Below are positions 1 through 8,872 of a stretch of DNA of 64,000 nucleotides, in pieces. Both the position numbers and the translations under genes were made by a program. Source of the stretch: an uncultured Bdellovibrionales bacterium (GTDB lineage: Bacteria; Patescibacteriota; Minisyncoccia; Moranbacterales; UBA1568); the NCBI GenBank assembly GCA_964543815.1, contig CAZIZG010000004.1, positions 5,438-69,437 on the forward strand, read 5' to 3'. The notes below the pieces were generated by a model that did not search any database, was not told where the DNA came from, and saw nothing but the letters and a program-made list of their open reading frames with translations. Each line of letters opens with the position of its first letter. Positions within the stretch are counted from its first letter, which is position 1.

Positions 1-539
1 ACAATAATCTCATCTCCGATAGCGAGTTCTACTCCGGAGAGCGTGTACTGATGGCGAAAAATGAGGCAGGAGAGGAGACTCTCATCCTTACTATCCTTAA
101 TAGTGAAGTACACGACCCGCTCCCGCACATCGACACTCGACACCTCGCCCTGAATCCGCGCTGCCATCCCAGAAAGTTCGATATTGAGTCCATCCAAAAA
201 CTCACTGACCGAGATCGTCTTTTCCTCCGTTGGTGCTAATATTTCGTCCGGGGTACCCACGAGTGACTGAAAAAAAGCATCATTTTCACTTTTTTCTGGT
301 CTTGCCATTTCTGTCGTAACCAGACCACCGTTCTCAGCAATAATTCGCAAAAGAACCGCTCCGTATTTCCCAAACTTGGCCTCTTTGATGCCTTTAACCT
401 GGAGCATCTCTTCTTTCGTTCGTGGTAACGCGCCCACTAACGCTTCCAAAGTAGCATTGGACAGCACCCGATATTGCTCCACTCCTTCGATGCGTGCCTG
501 ATGATTACGCCAATTCCGAAGTTCATTCAAAAGAGACAT
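1..539 (-). CDS. Partial CDS running off the 5' edge. N-terminal HRDC-like domain, then an OB-fold resembling the N-terminus of exodeoxyribonuclease VII large subunit (XseA).
   Basis: Manual reverse-complement translation from ATG at 539-537. It reads MSLLNELRNWRNHQARIEGVEQYRVLSNATLEALVGALPRTKEEMLQVKGIKEAKFGKYGAVLLRII (HRDC pattern), then ...ISVSEFLDGLNIELSGMAARIQGEVSSVDVRERVVYFTIKDSKDESLLSCLIFRHQYTL (XseA-N OB-fold pattern). Absent from the ORF track because it is truncated by the window edge. Confidence 0.5.
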   Translation of the reverse strand, partial: MSLLNELRNWRNHQARIEGVEQYRVLSNATLEALVGALPRTKEEMLQVKGIKEAKFGKYGAVLLRIIAENGGLVTTEMARPEKSENDAFFQSLVGTPDEILAPTEEKTISVSEFLDGLNIELSGMAARIQGEVSSVDVRERVVYFTIKDSKDESLLSCLIFRHQYTLSGVELAIGDEII

Positions 540-826
540 TTACCCTGTGTAATAAGATTTAAGTCGATTGCGCAAAAACATCTTTCCCCTGTACGATTTC
601 AAGTACTTTTCTCGATGTGTTGCATCTTTCTGATTTAGACACGCCTCGTAATATATTAACTCAAGTGGCCTCCTTTCCTTTGTTGATTCTACTAATCCTT
701 TCTGATGTAGCTTAAATCTTAATCGCAAATTATTCGTGTATCCAGTATACATGTTTCCATCTGTTTTACTTTGCAGTATATAAGTATAGAACATACTATA
801 TAATTTGCGATATTACACAGGGTGGA
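539..826. mobile_element. Candidate miniature TIR-bounded unit carrying the GIY-YIG gene. Termini are TTTACCCTGTGTAAT (539-553) and ATTACACAGGGTGG (812-825).
   Basis: Perfect 12-nt inverted repeats bracket the 84-aa ORF. The same motif recurs at 4318-4330, 4440-4454 and 47593-47607. Confidence 0.35.
540..794 (-). CDS. Small stand-alone GIY-YIG nuclease (COG2827/YhbQ-like)
   Basis: 84 aa. Has YTYILQS...GNMYTGYTNNLRLRFKLH ... RPLELIYYEA...REKYLK, the canonical GIY-YIG motif pattern. Its stop codon abuts the ATG of the upstream HRDC/XseA-like gene. Confidence 0.8.
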   Translation of the reverse strand: MFYTYILQSKTDGNMYTGYTNNLRLRFKLHQKGLVESTKERRPLELIYYEACLNQKDATHREKYLKSYRGKMFLRNRLKSYYTG

Positions 827-827
827 A

Positions 828-3800
828 CTATCGTCCTTGGTTATAGAGCGCAGCAACCTCAGCAGCCGAAAAGGCTCGATTGTAAGTTCGCACCTCATCC
901 AATTGTCCACTGAAATACTGCCCATCCGCTGAAGATGCTATATAATCAATCGTTGTGTTCCCAGACTGAGCCACATCGGAAAAAAGACGCGTGGCTGAAC
1001 CGCCATCCACATACAAATCAACTTTGTTACTACTGTTCCTAGTCACTACCATATGGTGCCAGGCATTGACAGCCGCCGGCGCAACCGTGTTATCACTCGA
1101 GCCCCCACCAATAACCCGGATAAAGTAGTTTCCACTCACCAACCCATATTTTATATAAATCCCGCCCGTTGTATCCCCCCCAAGCATTATACCCGTTTGG
1201 GAGTTATTCGATGTTTTATACCACCAAGAATACGTGAATTCTCCAGTATATGTCGTATTCGTCACGTCAACATAGTCATTTGTTCCATCAAATGACAGGG
1301 CCTGACTAATCTTACCAATCGTCTTCGTTGGGCCATTGGTGAGCGTCCCAGTATTTCCTATCCCGCTCCGATCATAGGCTGTCGTCCCACTCATATCCTG
1401 ACCATTGAATGACCAGTAGCCTTTCAGACTGGTGTCGACTCCGGTAGGTGCGGTAAGGCGGTAGAGTCGAGAGATTTCATCACTAGAAAGACCTCGACTA
1501 TACACTCTTACGTCATCAACTGAACCAGGGAAATACTGAGAAGCAGAGCGAAGAGCCCCAACAGAGACACGATCAAAAGTTGTCGTCCCTAGAGTTGTAG
1601 TTGAACTCGCCTGCAAGACCCCATCAATATAGAATTTATGATCTCCAGCTGAGCTACTGACTCCTATGGCATGATGCCAGGTATTATCATTCAAACTACT
1701 CGATGTCGAACACATTGATGCCGAATTAAACTGACCATCATCTCTCACAATATACTTTACTTTTCCTCCCCCACAAGGATCAACACTCGAAGTAAACTGA
1801 AGTACTGCTAATGGATCACCAGAAGAAGCGTTTCCTACATTCACTACTGTTCGATAGCTATCAGTTGCATTAGAAGTCTTAAACCAGGCACTAACAGTCA
1901 GAGGAAATCTCGTTACCGTAGCCGCAGCAGTTGATATATGATCATCCGTCCCATCAAACGTCACAGCACTCCCGATTTGCCCTGTCGTCCAGGTCGGACC
2001 ATTGGTGAGCGTCCCGGTGTTACCATTCGTAGATACGTCGGTGGCACTGGTTCCACTCCCATTATCAAGTGGCCAATAGCCAGCAAGACCGCTATCGAGG
2101 CGGCCGGTCCCTTGAGGCTGAGAAACGCTCGAATTAGTCTTGTCATCAGCCCCAGCGTCATAAAGACCCTTCACTTCAGCCGCAGAAAGAGCTCGATTGT
2201 ACAATCGCCCCTCATCAAGAAGACCGGAGAAATCCCAGTTATTGCCATTTCCTCCAAAAGTAAAAGCGGAGCTCGATGACTGAATAGTGGAGACGGTGGC
2301 TGTCCCCTGATACAGTACCGTACCGTCAAGATAGAGCTTCATTCCATTTGACCCTGTCGTTCCGTCCCACGTCGCCATGAGATAATGCCACTGATTATCA
2401 AGAAGGGGTGTAGCACTCCCGGAAATAACATTGGCTGTTGTCCCATTGGAGGTCTGAAAATAGACGGCGCTCGAAAGAATGCCAATCTCATACACCTTGT
2501 TTGCAGAAAGATCAAAACATTTGTCACTTGATCCTATCGCCTTACTCATAATACAGCTATCAGTATCGCTGGTTTTAATCCATACCCCCATACTGATAGC
2601 TCCAGTGATATCAAGAGTATTGGCATCTGCGACCGTCACATAGTCATCTGTCCCATCAAACGAGAGGGCTTGACCCACTTTCCCAGTTACTTTCGTTGGA
2701 CTATTGGTAAGTGTCCCTGTGTTCTTCGCCCCAGAGCGATCGTAAGCCGTTGTTCCTGAAACATCCTGGCCATTGAATGACCAGTATCCTTTGAGTCCCG
2801 TATCGACTCCAGTAGGTGAGGTAAGCCGATAGAGCTGCGCCACTTCATCAGCGGAGAGAATACGGTTATAAAATCGTACTTCGTCTAAAGTGACATCTCC
2901 ATACAAATCTGGCGAACCACCTCCATTTCTGGCACCCATGATGGCGCTATTGATAGTCAGTCCAGTATTGGGGGTGGTCGTGGTACCACTCCCCGCAAAT
3001 ACTCCATCAATATAAAAGGTCATGAGATTGGCAGCTCCTGAAACCGCCGTTACCATATGCCAGTTGGTATCAGTAATAGTGGTTGTAGAAGTAATATCAA
3101 CAAACCCGGTACCAGTAACCCGAAAGATACAGTGGACCTTATTATCAGTTCCCATGTAGAAAAACAGCCCCTCTTCCTGAACAGAAGCATCCCGCTCCCA
3201 AAATATATAATCCACCTCTCCGGAAGCATCACGTTTCACCCAGGCAGATATGCTCATATTAGCCTGTGGTTTAATGGCAGCCGTTGGGGAGATGGTGATG
3301 TAATCATTGGTGCCATCAAAGGTCACTCCGCTCCCTATCTGCCCTGTGGCCCATGTCGGGCCATTGGTGAGAGTACCATTACTCCCGTTGGTCGAGGCAT
3401 CAGCCGCGCTCGTCCCGGTATTCTCATCAAGCTTCCAGTAGCCCGCCAGTCCTGAGTCAAGGCGACCGGTTCCTTGGGGCTGCAGGATGCTACTGTTCGT
3501 TTTGTCACTTTGACCAAGATTATAGAGAGACTGAATTTGAGCAGCCGTGAGGGCAGTATTATAGACACGGACCTCATCAATAGCTGCGTTTACATTGCGC
3601 TGTCCACCAGTATCATCACCCACGACAAAACTGTCACTATTAGAAACAGAACCGCTAGTAGCAGTCATCGAAGTATTGAAAACGCCATCGATATAGAGAT
3701 AGGTAGTACTCCCCGAACGGAGTCCTACATAATGATGCCACTGATTATCATTGGCTGTTGCTAGAGTAGCAGTGAGGTCATAGTCTGTCGTCCCATTACC

Positions 3801-4316
3801 AATAGCAAAAAGCATTTGATTAGCACTGGAATAACGAAAACCATAGCCAGCAGTGTTCGGGGCGTTCACATTCTTTTTCCCTACAGGAATATTAACCGAA
3901 CTCCCCTGTGATGAATACCCACTCCCTTTCATCCAGAACCCGACCGAAAAATCACCGGAACCGAAATCGAGCGTTCCACCTCCTGGATCACCCATCGTCA
4001 CATAAGCATCAGCATCAGAGCCACCGGGAAAGAAGTTAAGGGCCTGACCAACCTGGCCTTTGACCTTTGCCGGGCCATTAGTGAGTGTCCCGTTGTTCCC
4101 CGAGCCACTTCGATCATAGGCGGTAGTACCAGAAATATCATCTCCGTTAAATGACCAGAGACCAACCAGGCCATTCGTCACCATGTCGTTTTGAGACTGA
4201 TTGAGGGTGCTGCCATACACTTTGAAATACCAATAGGCACCAGCAAAAACGGCCAGTATTAAAACTATTCCAATCCATTGGAACATTCTGGCTTTAGTTG
4301 TTGAGTAGTTTGGCAT
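828..4316 (-). CDS. Giant membrane-anchored secreted protein with four tandem LamG / concanavalin-A-like lectin domains
   Basis: 1162 aa with an N-terminal TM helix (IGIVLILAVFAGAYWYF). Four ~230-aa repeats each end in the LamG signature LDEVRVYNRALSAAEV / LDEGRLYNRALSAAEV / LDEVRTYNRAFSAAEV. The DNA-level repeats are about 80% identical. The gene is flanked on both sides by the ATTACACAGGGT motif. Confidence 0.7.
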   Translation of the reverse strand: MPNYSTTKARMFQWIGIVLILAVFAGAYWYFKVYGSTLNQSQNDMVTNGLVGLWSFNGDDISGTTAYDRSGSGNNGTLTNGPAKVKGQVGQALNFFPGGSDADAYVTMGDPGGGTLDFGSGDFSVGFWMKGSGYSSQGSSVNIPVGKKNVNAPNTAGYGFRYSSANQMLFAIGNGTTDYDLTATLATANDNQWHHYVGLRSGSTTYLYIDGVFNTSMTATSGSVSNSDSFVVGDDTGGQRNVNAAIDEVRVYNTALTAAQIQSLYNLGQSDKTNSSILQPQGTGRLDSGLAGYWKLDENTGTSAADASTNGSNGTLTNGPTWATGQIGSGVTFDGTNDYITISPTAAIKPQANMSISAWVKRDASGEVDYIFWERDASVQEEGLFFYMGTDNKVHCIFRVTGTGFVDITSTTTITDTNWHMVTAVSGAANLMTFYIDGVFAGSGTTTTPNTGLTINSAIMGARNGGGSPDLYGDVTLDEVRFYNRILSADEVAQLYRLTSPTGVDTGLKGYWSFNGQDVSGTTAYDRSGAKNTGTLTNSPTKVTGKVGQALSFDGTDDYVTVADANTLDITGAISMGVWIKTSDTDSCIMSKAIGSSDKCFDLSANKVYEIGILSSAVYFQTSNGTTANVISGSATPLLDNQWHYLMATWDGTTGSNGMKLYLDGTVLYQGTATVSTIQSSSSAFTFGGNGNNWDFSGLLDEGRLYNRALSAAEVKGLYDAGADDKTNSSVSQPQGTGRLDSGLAGYWPLDNGSGTSATDVSTNGNTGTLTNGPTWTTGQIGSAVTFDGTDDHISTAAATVTRFPLTVSAWFKTSNATDSYRTVVNVGNASSGDPLAVLQFTSSVDPCGGGKVKYIVRDDGQFNSASMCSTSSSLNDNTWHHAIGVSSSAGDHKFYIDGVLQASSTTTLGTTTFDRVSVGALRSASQYFPGSVDDVRVYSRGLSSDEISRLYRLTAPTGVDTSLKGYWSFNGQDMSGTTAYDRSGIGNTGTLTNGPTKTIGKISQALSFDGTNDYVDVTNTTYTGEFTYSWWYKTSNNSQTGIMLGGDTTGGIYIKYGLVSGNYFIRVIGGGSSDNTVAPAAVNAWHHMVVTRNSSNKVDLYVDGGSATRLFSDVAQSGNTTIDYIASSADGQYFSGQLDEVRTYNRAFSAAEVAALYNQGR

Positions 4317-4317
4317 T

Positions 4318-4454
4318 CACCCTGTGTAATTCATGATTGAAATAATTTCAATCATGAATAAAATTATTTCCCTACGACCTCTTCATTTTACCATTTTTTT
4401 CCCTAGGATACACCGGGCACACATATGATACATTTTGCAATTACACAGGGTAAA
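4318..4454. repeat. ORF-less 135-bp unit bounded by the same inverted motif (CACCCTGTGTAAT ... ATTACACAGGGTAAA), with an internal 27-bp perfect palindrome at 4331-4357
   Basis: Termini match the GIY-YIG unit termini. The internal palindrome is tcatgattgaaataatttcaatcatga. No ORF. MITE-like derivative or regulatory module. Confidence 0.35.
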
Positions 4455-4460
4455 TAAAAA

Positions 4461-4493
4461 ACAGAGTTCTGCCTGAGGCAGAACTCTGTTTTA
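4461..4493. terminator. Rho-independent terminator hairpin downstream of the DsbA-like gene
   Basis: acagagttctgcc-tgag-ggcagaactctgt followed by TTTT, and A-rich on the other side (bidirectional). Confidence 0.6.
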
Positions 4494-4510
4494 TGCCCTA
4501 AAAAACCCTC

Positions 4511-5341
4511 TTATTTGAGATACTTCTCGATTGTCAGCTTGAAACCATCGATAGACTGAGCCCCAACTACCCGTTCACCGGTTACCGTCCCGTTACTCTC
4601 GAGCTTACCAATAACAAAACTCGGAGTACCAGAAATACCTGCTTTGCCGCCGTCAGCGATGTCCTTCTGAATTTCCTCCTTCACAGCGTCAGTAGCCGAG
4701 CACGTTGCAACCGTCTTGGCATTAGCTCCTACTTTCCCAATGAGCTCATCAAGCTTCCCTGCTACGAGACCTTTGCCGTTAGTCTGAGTATTCTCATACA
4801 ATGCCTTAGCAAAAGCAAAGTAGGCAGTATCACCCTTCTCCTTTCTCACACATTCAGCCGTTGCTGCCTCGATCGTAGCGTTCGGATCGTGAAATGAGAG
4901 CGGAAAATCACGGAAAACCACAATAGCCTTCCCGGTATCGACATAGTTTTTCACCAAAGCATCAAAGGTATCAGCATGAAACTTTTTACAGAAAGGACAT
5001 TCATAGTCGCTATACTCCACGATAGCCACTTTGGCTTTCTTCTTATCTCCGAGGACGGGATCATCATCAATAGAGGTGACAGCACTCGTATCCTGATTAC
5101 CCGGCGCTGCCTGCTGAGTTCCCTGAGCAGTACCCGTTCCTTTCGTAGCTCCCTGAGGAGAGAGCGTCAGGATAGAACCCGCAATGATAAGACTCCCTAA
5201 AAGGACCGCTCCGGCTACCAAAAGTGCCTCCTTCAGTAATTTCTTTTCACAGGCACCACACTTTCCACATTTCTGACATGCGGAACCATCAGCAACTGGC
5301 ACGACTGACTCTTCCTTTGTCGGCAAAACTTCATTTTCCAT
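4511..5341 (-). CDS. DsbA-family thiol:disulfide oxidoreductase, membrane-anchored, with a Cys-rich cytoplasmic N-terminus
   Basis: KVAIVEYSDYECPFCKKFH thioredoxin-fold active site. Has an N-terminal CQKCGKCGAC cluster, then a TM helix. Confidence 0.8.
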   Translation of the reverse strand: MENEVLPTKEESVVPVADGSACQKCGKCGACEKKLLKEALLVAGAVLLGSLIIAGSILTLSPQGATKGTGTAQGTQQAAPGNQDTSAVTSIDDDPVLGDKKKAKVAIVEYSDYECPFCKKFHADTFDALVKNYVDTGKAIVVFRDFPLSFHDPNATIEAATAECVRKEKGDTAYFAFAKALYENTQTNGKGLVAGKLDELIGKVGANAKTVATCSATDAVKEEIQKDIADGGKAGISGTPSFVIGKLESNGTVTGERVVGAQSIDGFKLTIEKYLK

Positions 5342-5397
5342 AGTCGTTACTTCTCAACGATTTAACTGCTCCAGTGTACCATAAAATGACGCCTCCC

Positions 5398-6111
5398 TCA
5401 AAGAGTCTTTGTCTCTTGAGACTGGCGAGAGAGATTATAGTCACGATAGCTCTTGGCTACAGCATCAATACCTCGCTTGAGGGGTGGCAAAAAATTCTGC
5501 CAAGCTAAAAGCTTGAGACTTATATACGCAAAAGTGATCAGAGCTGCTTGTATGAGAGCCAGAGGAGATATTCCTCGTTGAATGGAGAAATGATGAATGA
5601 GCACAAGCGGCAACACTACATATACCATCCGATGAAGACGCTTCCAGTTAATACCTCCCAAACTCCGCTGAGCCCAAACATTTGAAGTCAAAAGAAGAGG
5701 TAACGTAATACCATACGCTACCAATCCCAAGAAATACGGAATACTCTCCCCTGAAAGGCCAGTTTCTTGAAAAAGCGCCGTGATAGACCCGGCCCAGTCA
5801 GGATCAATGAAATACCCCAGTCCATGGACAGTGGCAAGGTATCCCATCATAATTCCCATCTCCCGCCGTAAAGCCATCAGCTGGAGCAATATTCTCGTCC
5901 GAAGAATTTTCGAGACTGGACTGAGAAACAATACTCCTAACAGCATAAGCTCAGCCGCGCTCCCAAAATTCCGACGTAATTCAGGAAAGAGCAATCCGAA
6001 CAATGCCAGATGAGCCACCACAAGCAATGTCCTTTTTATGAGAAGAAAGTGGGTTGCAAGTAAACTACTCGCCCAATCATGGAGTCGATATAACGGAAAA
6101 AGGTAGGTCAT
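5398..6111 (-). CDS. Ferric-reductase-like transmembrane domain protein (MsrQ/YedZ-like heme-binding membrane subunit)
   Basis: Six predicted TMs. Conserved His-bearing helices (ALRREMGIMMGYLATVHGLGYF; WKRLHRMVYVVLPLVLIHH). No Cys, so not VKOR-like. Confidence 0.45.
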   Translation of the reverse strand: MTYLFPLYRLHDWASSLLATHFLLIKRTLLVVAHLALFGLLFPELRRNFGSAAELMLLGVLFLSPVSKILRTRILLQLMALRREMGIMMGYLATVHGLGYFIDPDWAGSITALFQETGLSGESIPYFLGLVAYGITLPLLLTSNVWAQRSLGGINWKRLHRMVYVVLPLVLIHHFSIQRGISPLALIQAALITFAYISLKLLAWQNFLPPLKRGIDAVAKSYRDYNLSRQSQETKTL

Positions 6112-6324
6112 ACTCTGTATTTAATGAGAAAAAAAGAAATACATGCCCGTCAAAATAACAACGTGCATGAACGCCAGCCCTATTACTATCACAAGCGTTT
6201 TATCCATGATTCAAGAACAAGGGTATTATTTTTTATCATAGCGAAGAAACAAAGGAATGGGAAGAATTCCCCTTAGAAAAGGAGATGAAATGTGGTATCC
6301 TGAGGATACATTCGAAACACAAAC

Positions 6325-7629
6325 ATGAGCGATCCGATTATCGTCGTTGACAAGCTGCGCATCATCTACAATCAGGGGAAATCCAATGAAACCCGCGCGC
6401 TTGAAGAAACGAATTTAAGCATTTACCCGCAGGAATACGTCATTATTTTCGGCCCTTCCGGCTGTGGTAAGTCGACACTCCTCTATTCAATCTCCGGCCT
6501 ACAGTCGCCTACCTATGGTGATGTGCTTATTTCTGGCACTTCCATTGCCAAGATGACTCGCCGAGAGGAGCTAGAACTGCACCAAACAAAAATTGGTATG
6601 GTGTTTCAGGCCTTTTATCTCATTTCTTCACTCGATATCCTCGATAATGTCTGTTTACCTAAAGTCTTCCGGGGAGAAGCACCAAGTGAACGTAAACAAG
6701 TAGGCATCCAGCTCCTTCGTCGGTTTGGCATCGTCGAGCAAGCCGATAAATTTCCCAATCAACTCTCCGGTGGTCAAAAGCAGCGCGTCGCTATCGCTCG
6801 CTCGCTCGTGAACAATCCAGAAATTATTCTGGCTGATGAGCCAGTAGGAAACCTCGACAGTGAGAGCGCCGAGAACGTGCTCAAAATCCTGAAAGAGCTC
6901 AACACGGTCGACAAAAAAACGATCATCATGGTGACCCATAACCCAGAGCATCTCATTTATGCTGATCGGGTTATCCATATGAAGGATGGTCGGGTCATCA
7001 AAGAGGAAGTTTTCAAGGAAAAACGACCGATTGAGGCTAAGAAAAAACCAGAAGAGATTGATAGTCCCGAATCGAGTGAGCTCAAAATGCTCATGGCCTC
7101 GTTTAAAAGCCTCCTGCCTCAACAGGTTGATGTTCTCCTGGTGCCTTTCAAGGCCAAACAGCTTCTCTCACATCTCCTATCAGAACTTTCAGAAGAGCAG
7201 GTTAGCATGGCCGAAGCCTTCCTCAAGGAACTCCTGTTTAAAAATATTGATACCAACATTTTCAAGGAGCGCCTCGACCTCGATCTTGACGAAGGTGGTG
7301 CCGGCTGGAATCGTCTCCGAGCCGATTCCTTTGCAGCTCGCACCCAAACTATTCTTGATCAGTCTCAAAAACTTAAGGCCTCTCCCGAAACTGGTGCTGT
7401 TACACTTCAGGAATATCTCACTGAGCATTTCCACCTCAAATTAAGCGAGGAACAAAAACTTCGTCTCCAAGCAACGCTTAAACTCCGACTAGAAAGTAAA
7501 ATTGGCCAACTCGAGATGCAGCGCCGACTCGATACCCGTATCACAGAAAATGGGGTTGGTCTTCACAAGGGTACTGCTGAAAAAATGGTCCGGGAGATTG
7601 AAATTATCATGCTCCTCAAATACAGCTAA
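6325..7629 (+). CDS. ABC transporter ATP-binding protein (MacB/LolD/FtsE-type) with a ~200-aa C-terminal extension
   Basis: Walker A GPSGCGKST, signature LSGGQKQRVAIARSL, Walker B ILADEPVGNLD. The C-terminal 200 aa is coiled-coil-rich and has no recognisable domain. Confidence 0.85.
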   Translation: MSDPIIVVDKLRIIYNQGKSNETRALEETNLSIYPQEYVIIFGPSGCGKSTLLYSISGLQSPTYGDVLISGTSIAKMTRREELELHQTKIGMVFQAFYLISSLDILDNVCLPKVFRGEAPSERKQVGIQLLRRFGIVEQADKFPNQLSGGQKQRVAIARSLVNNPEIILADEPVGNLDSESAENVLKILKELNTVDKKTIIMVTHNPEHLIYADRVIHMKDGRVIKEEVFKEKRPIEAKKKPEEIDSPESSELKMLMASFKSLLPQQVDVLLVPFKAKQLLSHLLSELSEEQVSMAEAFLKELLFKNIDTNIFKERLDLDLDEGGAGWNRLRADSFAARTQTILDQSQKLKASPETGAVTLQEYLTEHFHLKLSEEQKLRLQATLKLRLESKIGQLEMQRRLDTRITENGVGLHKGTAEKMVREIEIIMLLKYS

Positions 7630-7632
7630 ACT

Positions 7633-8826
7633 ATGCGCTTCCTTGATGTTCTCAAACTGTCCATACGTATGTTCAAGGCCCGTACCATGCGGACCCTCTT
7701 GACCATTCTTGGTATGTCAGTCGGTATCGCCGCCATCATTTTTCTCGTATCTCTTGGCTACGGACTACAGCGAACCCTTCTTCAAAAAATTACTACTTCC
7801 GATGCCTTAGTCACCCTTGATGTTACGCTCGGTAAAGCTGAAAATGTCGCTCTCGATAACGCCGTCGTCGACACACTTAAAACAGTCCGTGATGTTGTGG
7901 ATGTTATCCCAGTCCTCGAACTCTCTGGTCAGGGAAAGTTTGATAACATCACCCTTGATGTAAATACCGTGAGCTCCTCAGCTTCTCTCCTTAAATCAGA
8001 GGGAATCAAGATCACCTACGGTCGACTCTTTACCAAAGATGAAGCTAACAAAATCGTTATTACCAAAGCCGTGGCTCAGGTCTTTGGTACTGCTCCCGAA
8101 GAAATGCTTGGAAAAACCGTTTCACTTACCCTCTTTCAAAATGACGCCAGCGGTCAGGTCAGTCGTAAAAATTCTTTCACTCCCAAGGAAGCCTATCAAA
8201 TTGCCGGCATCGCTGATGGTGATGAAAACATCGTCTACCTCTCTCTTGATTCACTCGAAGGCTTTCCACTGACCAACTATACTAAATTAAAAGTAAAATG
8301 TGCTTCAACCAGTGTACTCGATCAGGTCCGACAAGAAATTGAACAAAAAGGATTTGCTGCCTCCTCTATTTCTGAAACCATCGATCAGGCTAATAAAGTC
8401 TTCAGCGCCATCCAAATTGTCCTCATGGTCTTCGGTATGATTGCCCTTGTTGTTTCAGCTATTGGTATGTTCAATACTATGACCATTGCCCTCCTCGAAC
8501 GTACTGAGGAAATCGGTATCATGAAGGCTATCGGCGCCTCTCGGGGCAGTATCTCTCTTATGTTCGTTATGGAATCCACTCTCATGGGCTTTCTCGGTGC
8601 CTTAGGTGGTGTTATCCTGGGCTTTCTTGAGGGACAGGTGCTCAATTTCTTCATCAATCTCATTGCCTCACGCTTCGGCGGTGAATCTGTCAGTCTCTTC
8701 TATAGTCCCCTCTGGTTCGTTATGACCGTCATCGCTTTTGGGGCTTTCGTCGGCTTTATGACCGGTGTCTTTCCGGCCCGTAAAGCCTCCAGCATCGATA
8801 CACTCGATGCCCTTCGGTATAAATAA
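7633..8826 (+). CDS. ABC transporter permease, FtsX/MacB-like
   Basis: N-terminal TM, a large extracytoplasmic domain, and a C-terminal 3-TM FtsX-like region. Sits 3 bp downstream of the ATPase gene. Confidence 0.75.
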   Translation: MRFLDVLKLSIRMFKARTMRTLLTILGMSVGIAAIIFLVSLGYGLQRTLLQKITTSDALVTLDVTLGKAENVALDNAVVDTLKTVRDVVDVIPVLELSGQGKFDNITLDVNTVSSSASLLKSEGIKITYGRLFTKDEANKIVITKAVAQVFGTAPEEMLGKTVSLTLFQNDASGQVSRKNSFTPKEAYQIAGIADGDENIVYLSLDSLEGFPLTNYTKLKVKCASTSVLDQVRQEIEQKGFAASSISETIDQANKVFSAIQIVLMVFGMIALVVSAIGMFNTMTIALLERTEEIGIMKAIGASRGSISLMFVMESTLMGFLGALGGVILGFLEGQVLNFFINLIASRFGGESVSLFYSPLWFVMTVIAFGAFVGFMTGVFPARKASSIDTLDALRYK

Positions 8827-8872
8827 AAGACTTCCCTGGGGAAGTCTTTTATACTTTTATGCTCCTTGCCAA

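Noticed and set aside
1053-3764. Multiple 60-130-aa ORFs on both strands inside the LamG giant gene (e.g. 1938..2279, 3057..3455, 3335..3580)
   Set aside because: They are embedded antisense or out-of-frame within a long, repeat-structured ORF with clear domain signatures. They are typical shadow ORFs in repeat DNA.
6655-7444. Antisense and alternative-frame ORFs (155 aa, 152 aa and others) inside the ABC ATPase gene
   Set aside because: The sense frame has unambiguous Walker A, signature and Walker B motifs. The overlapping ORFs lack motifs or an RBS.
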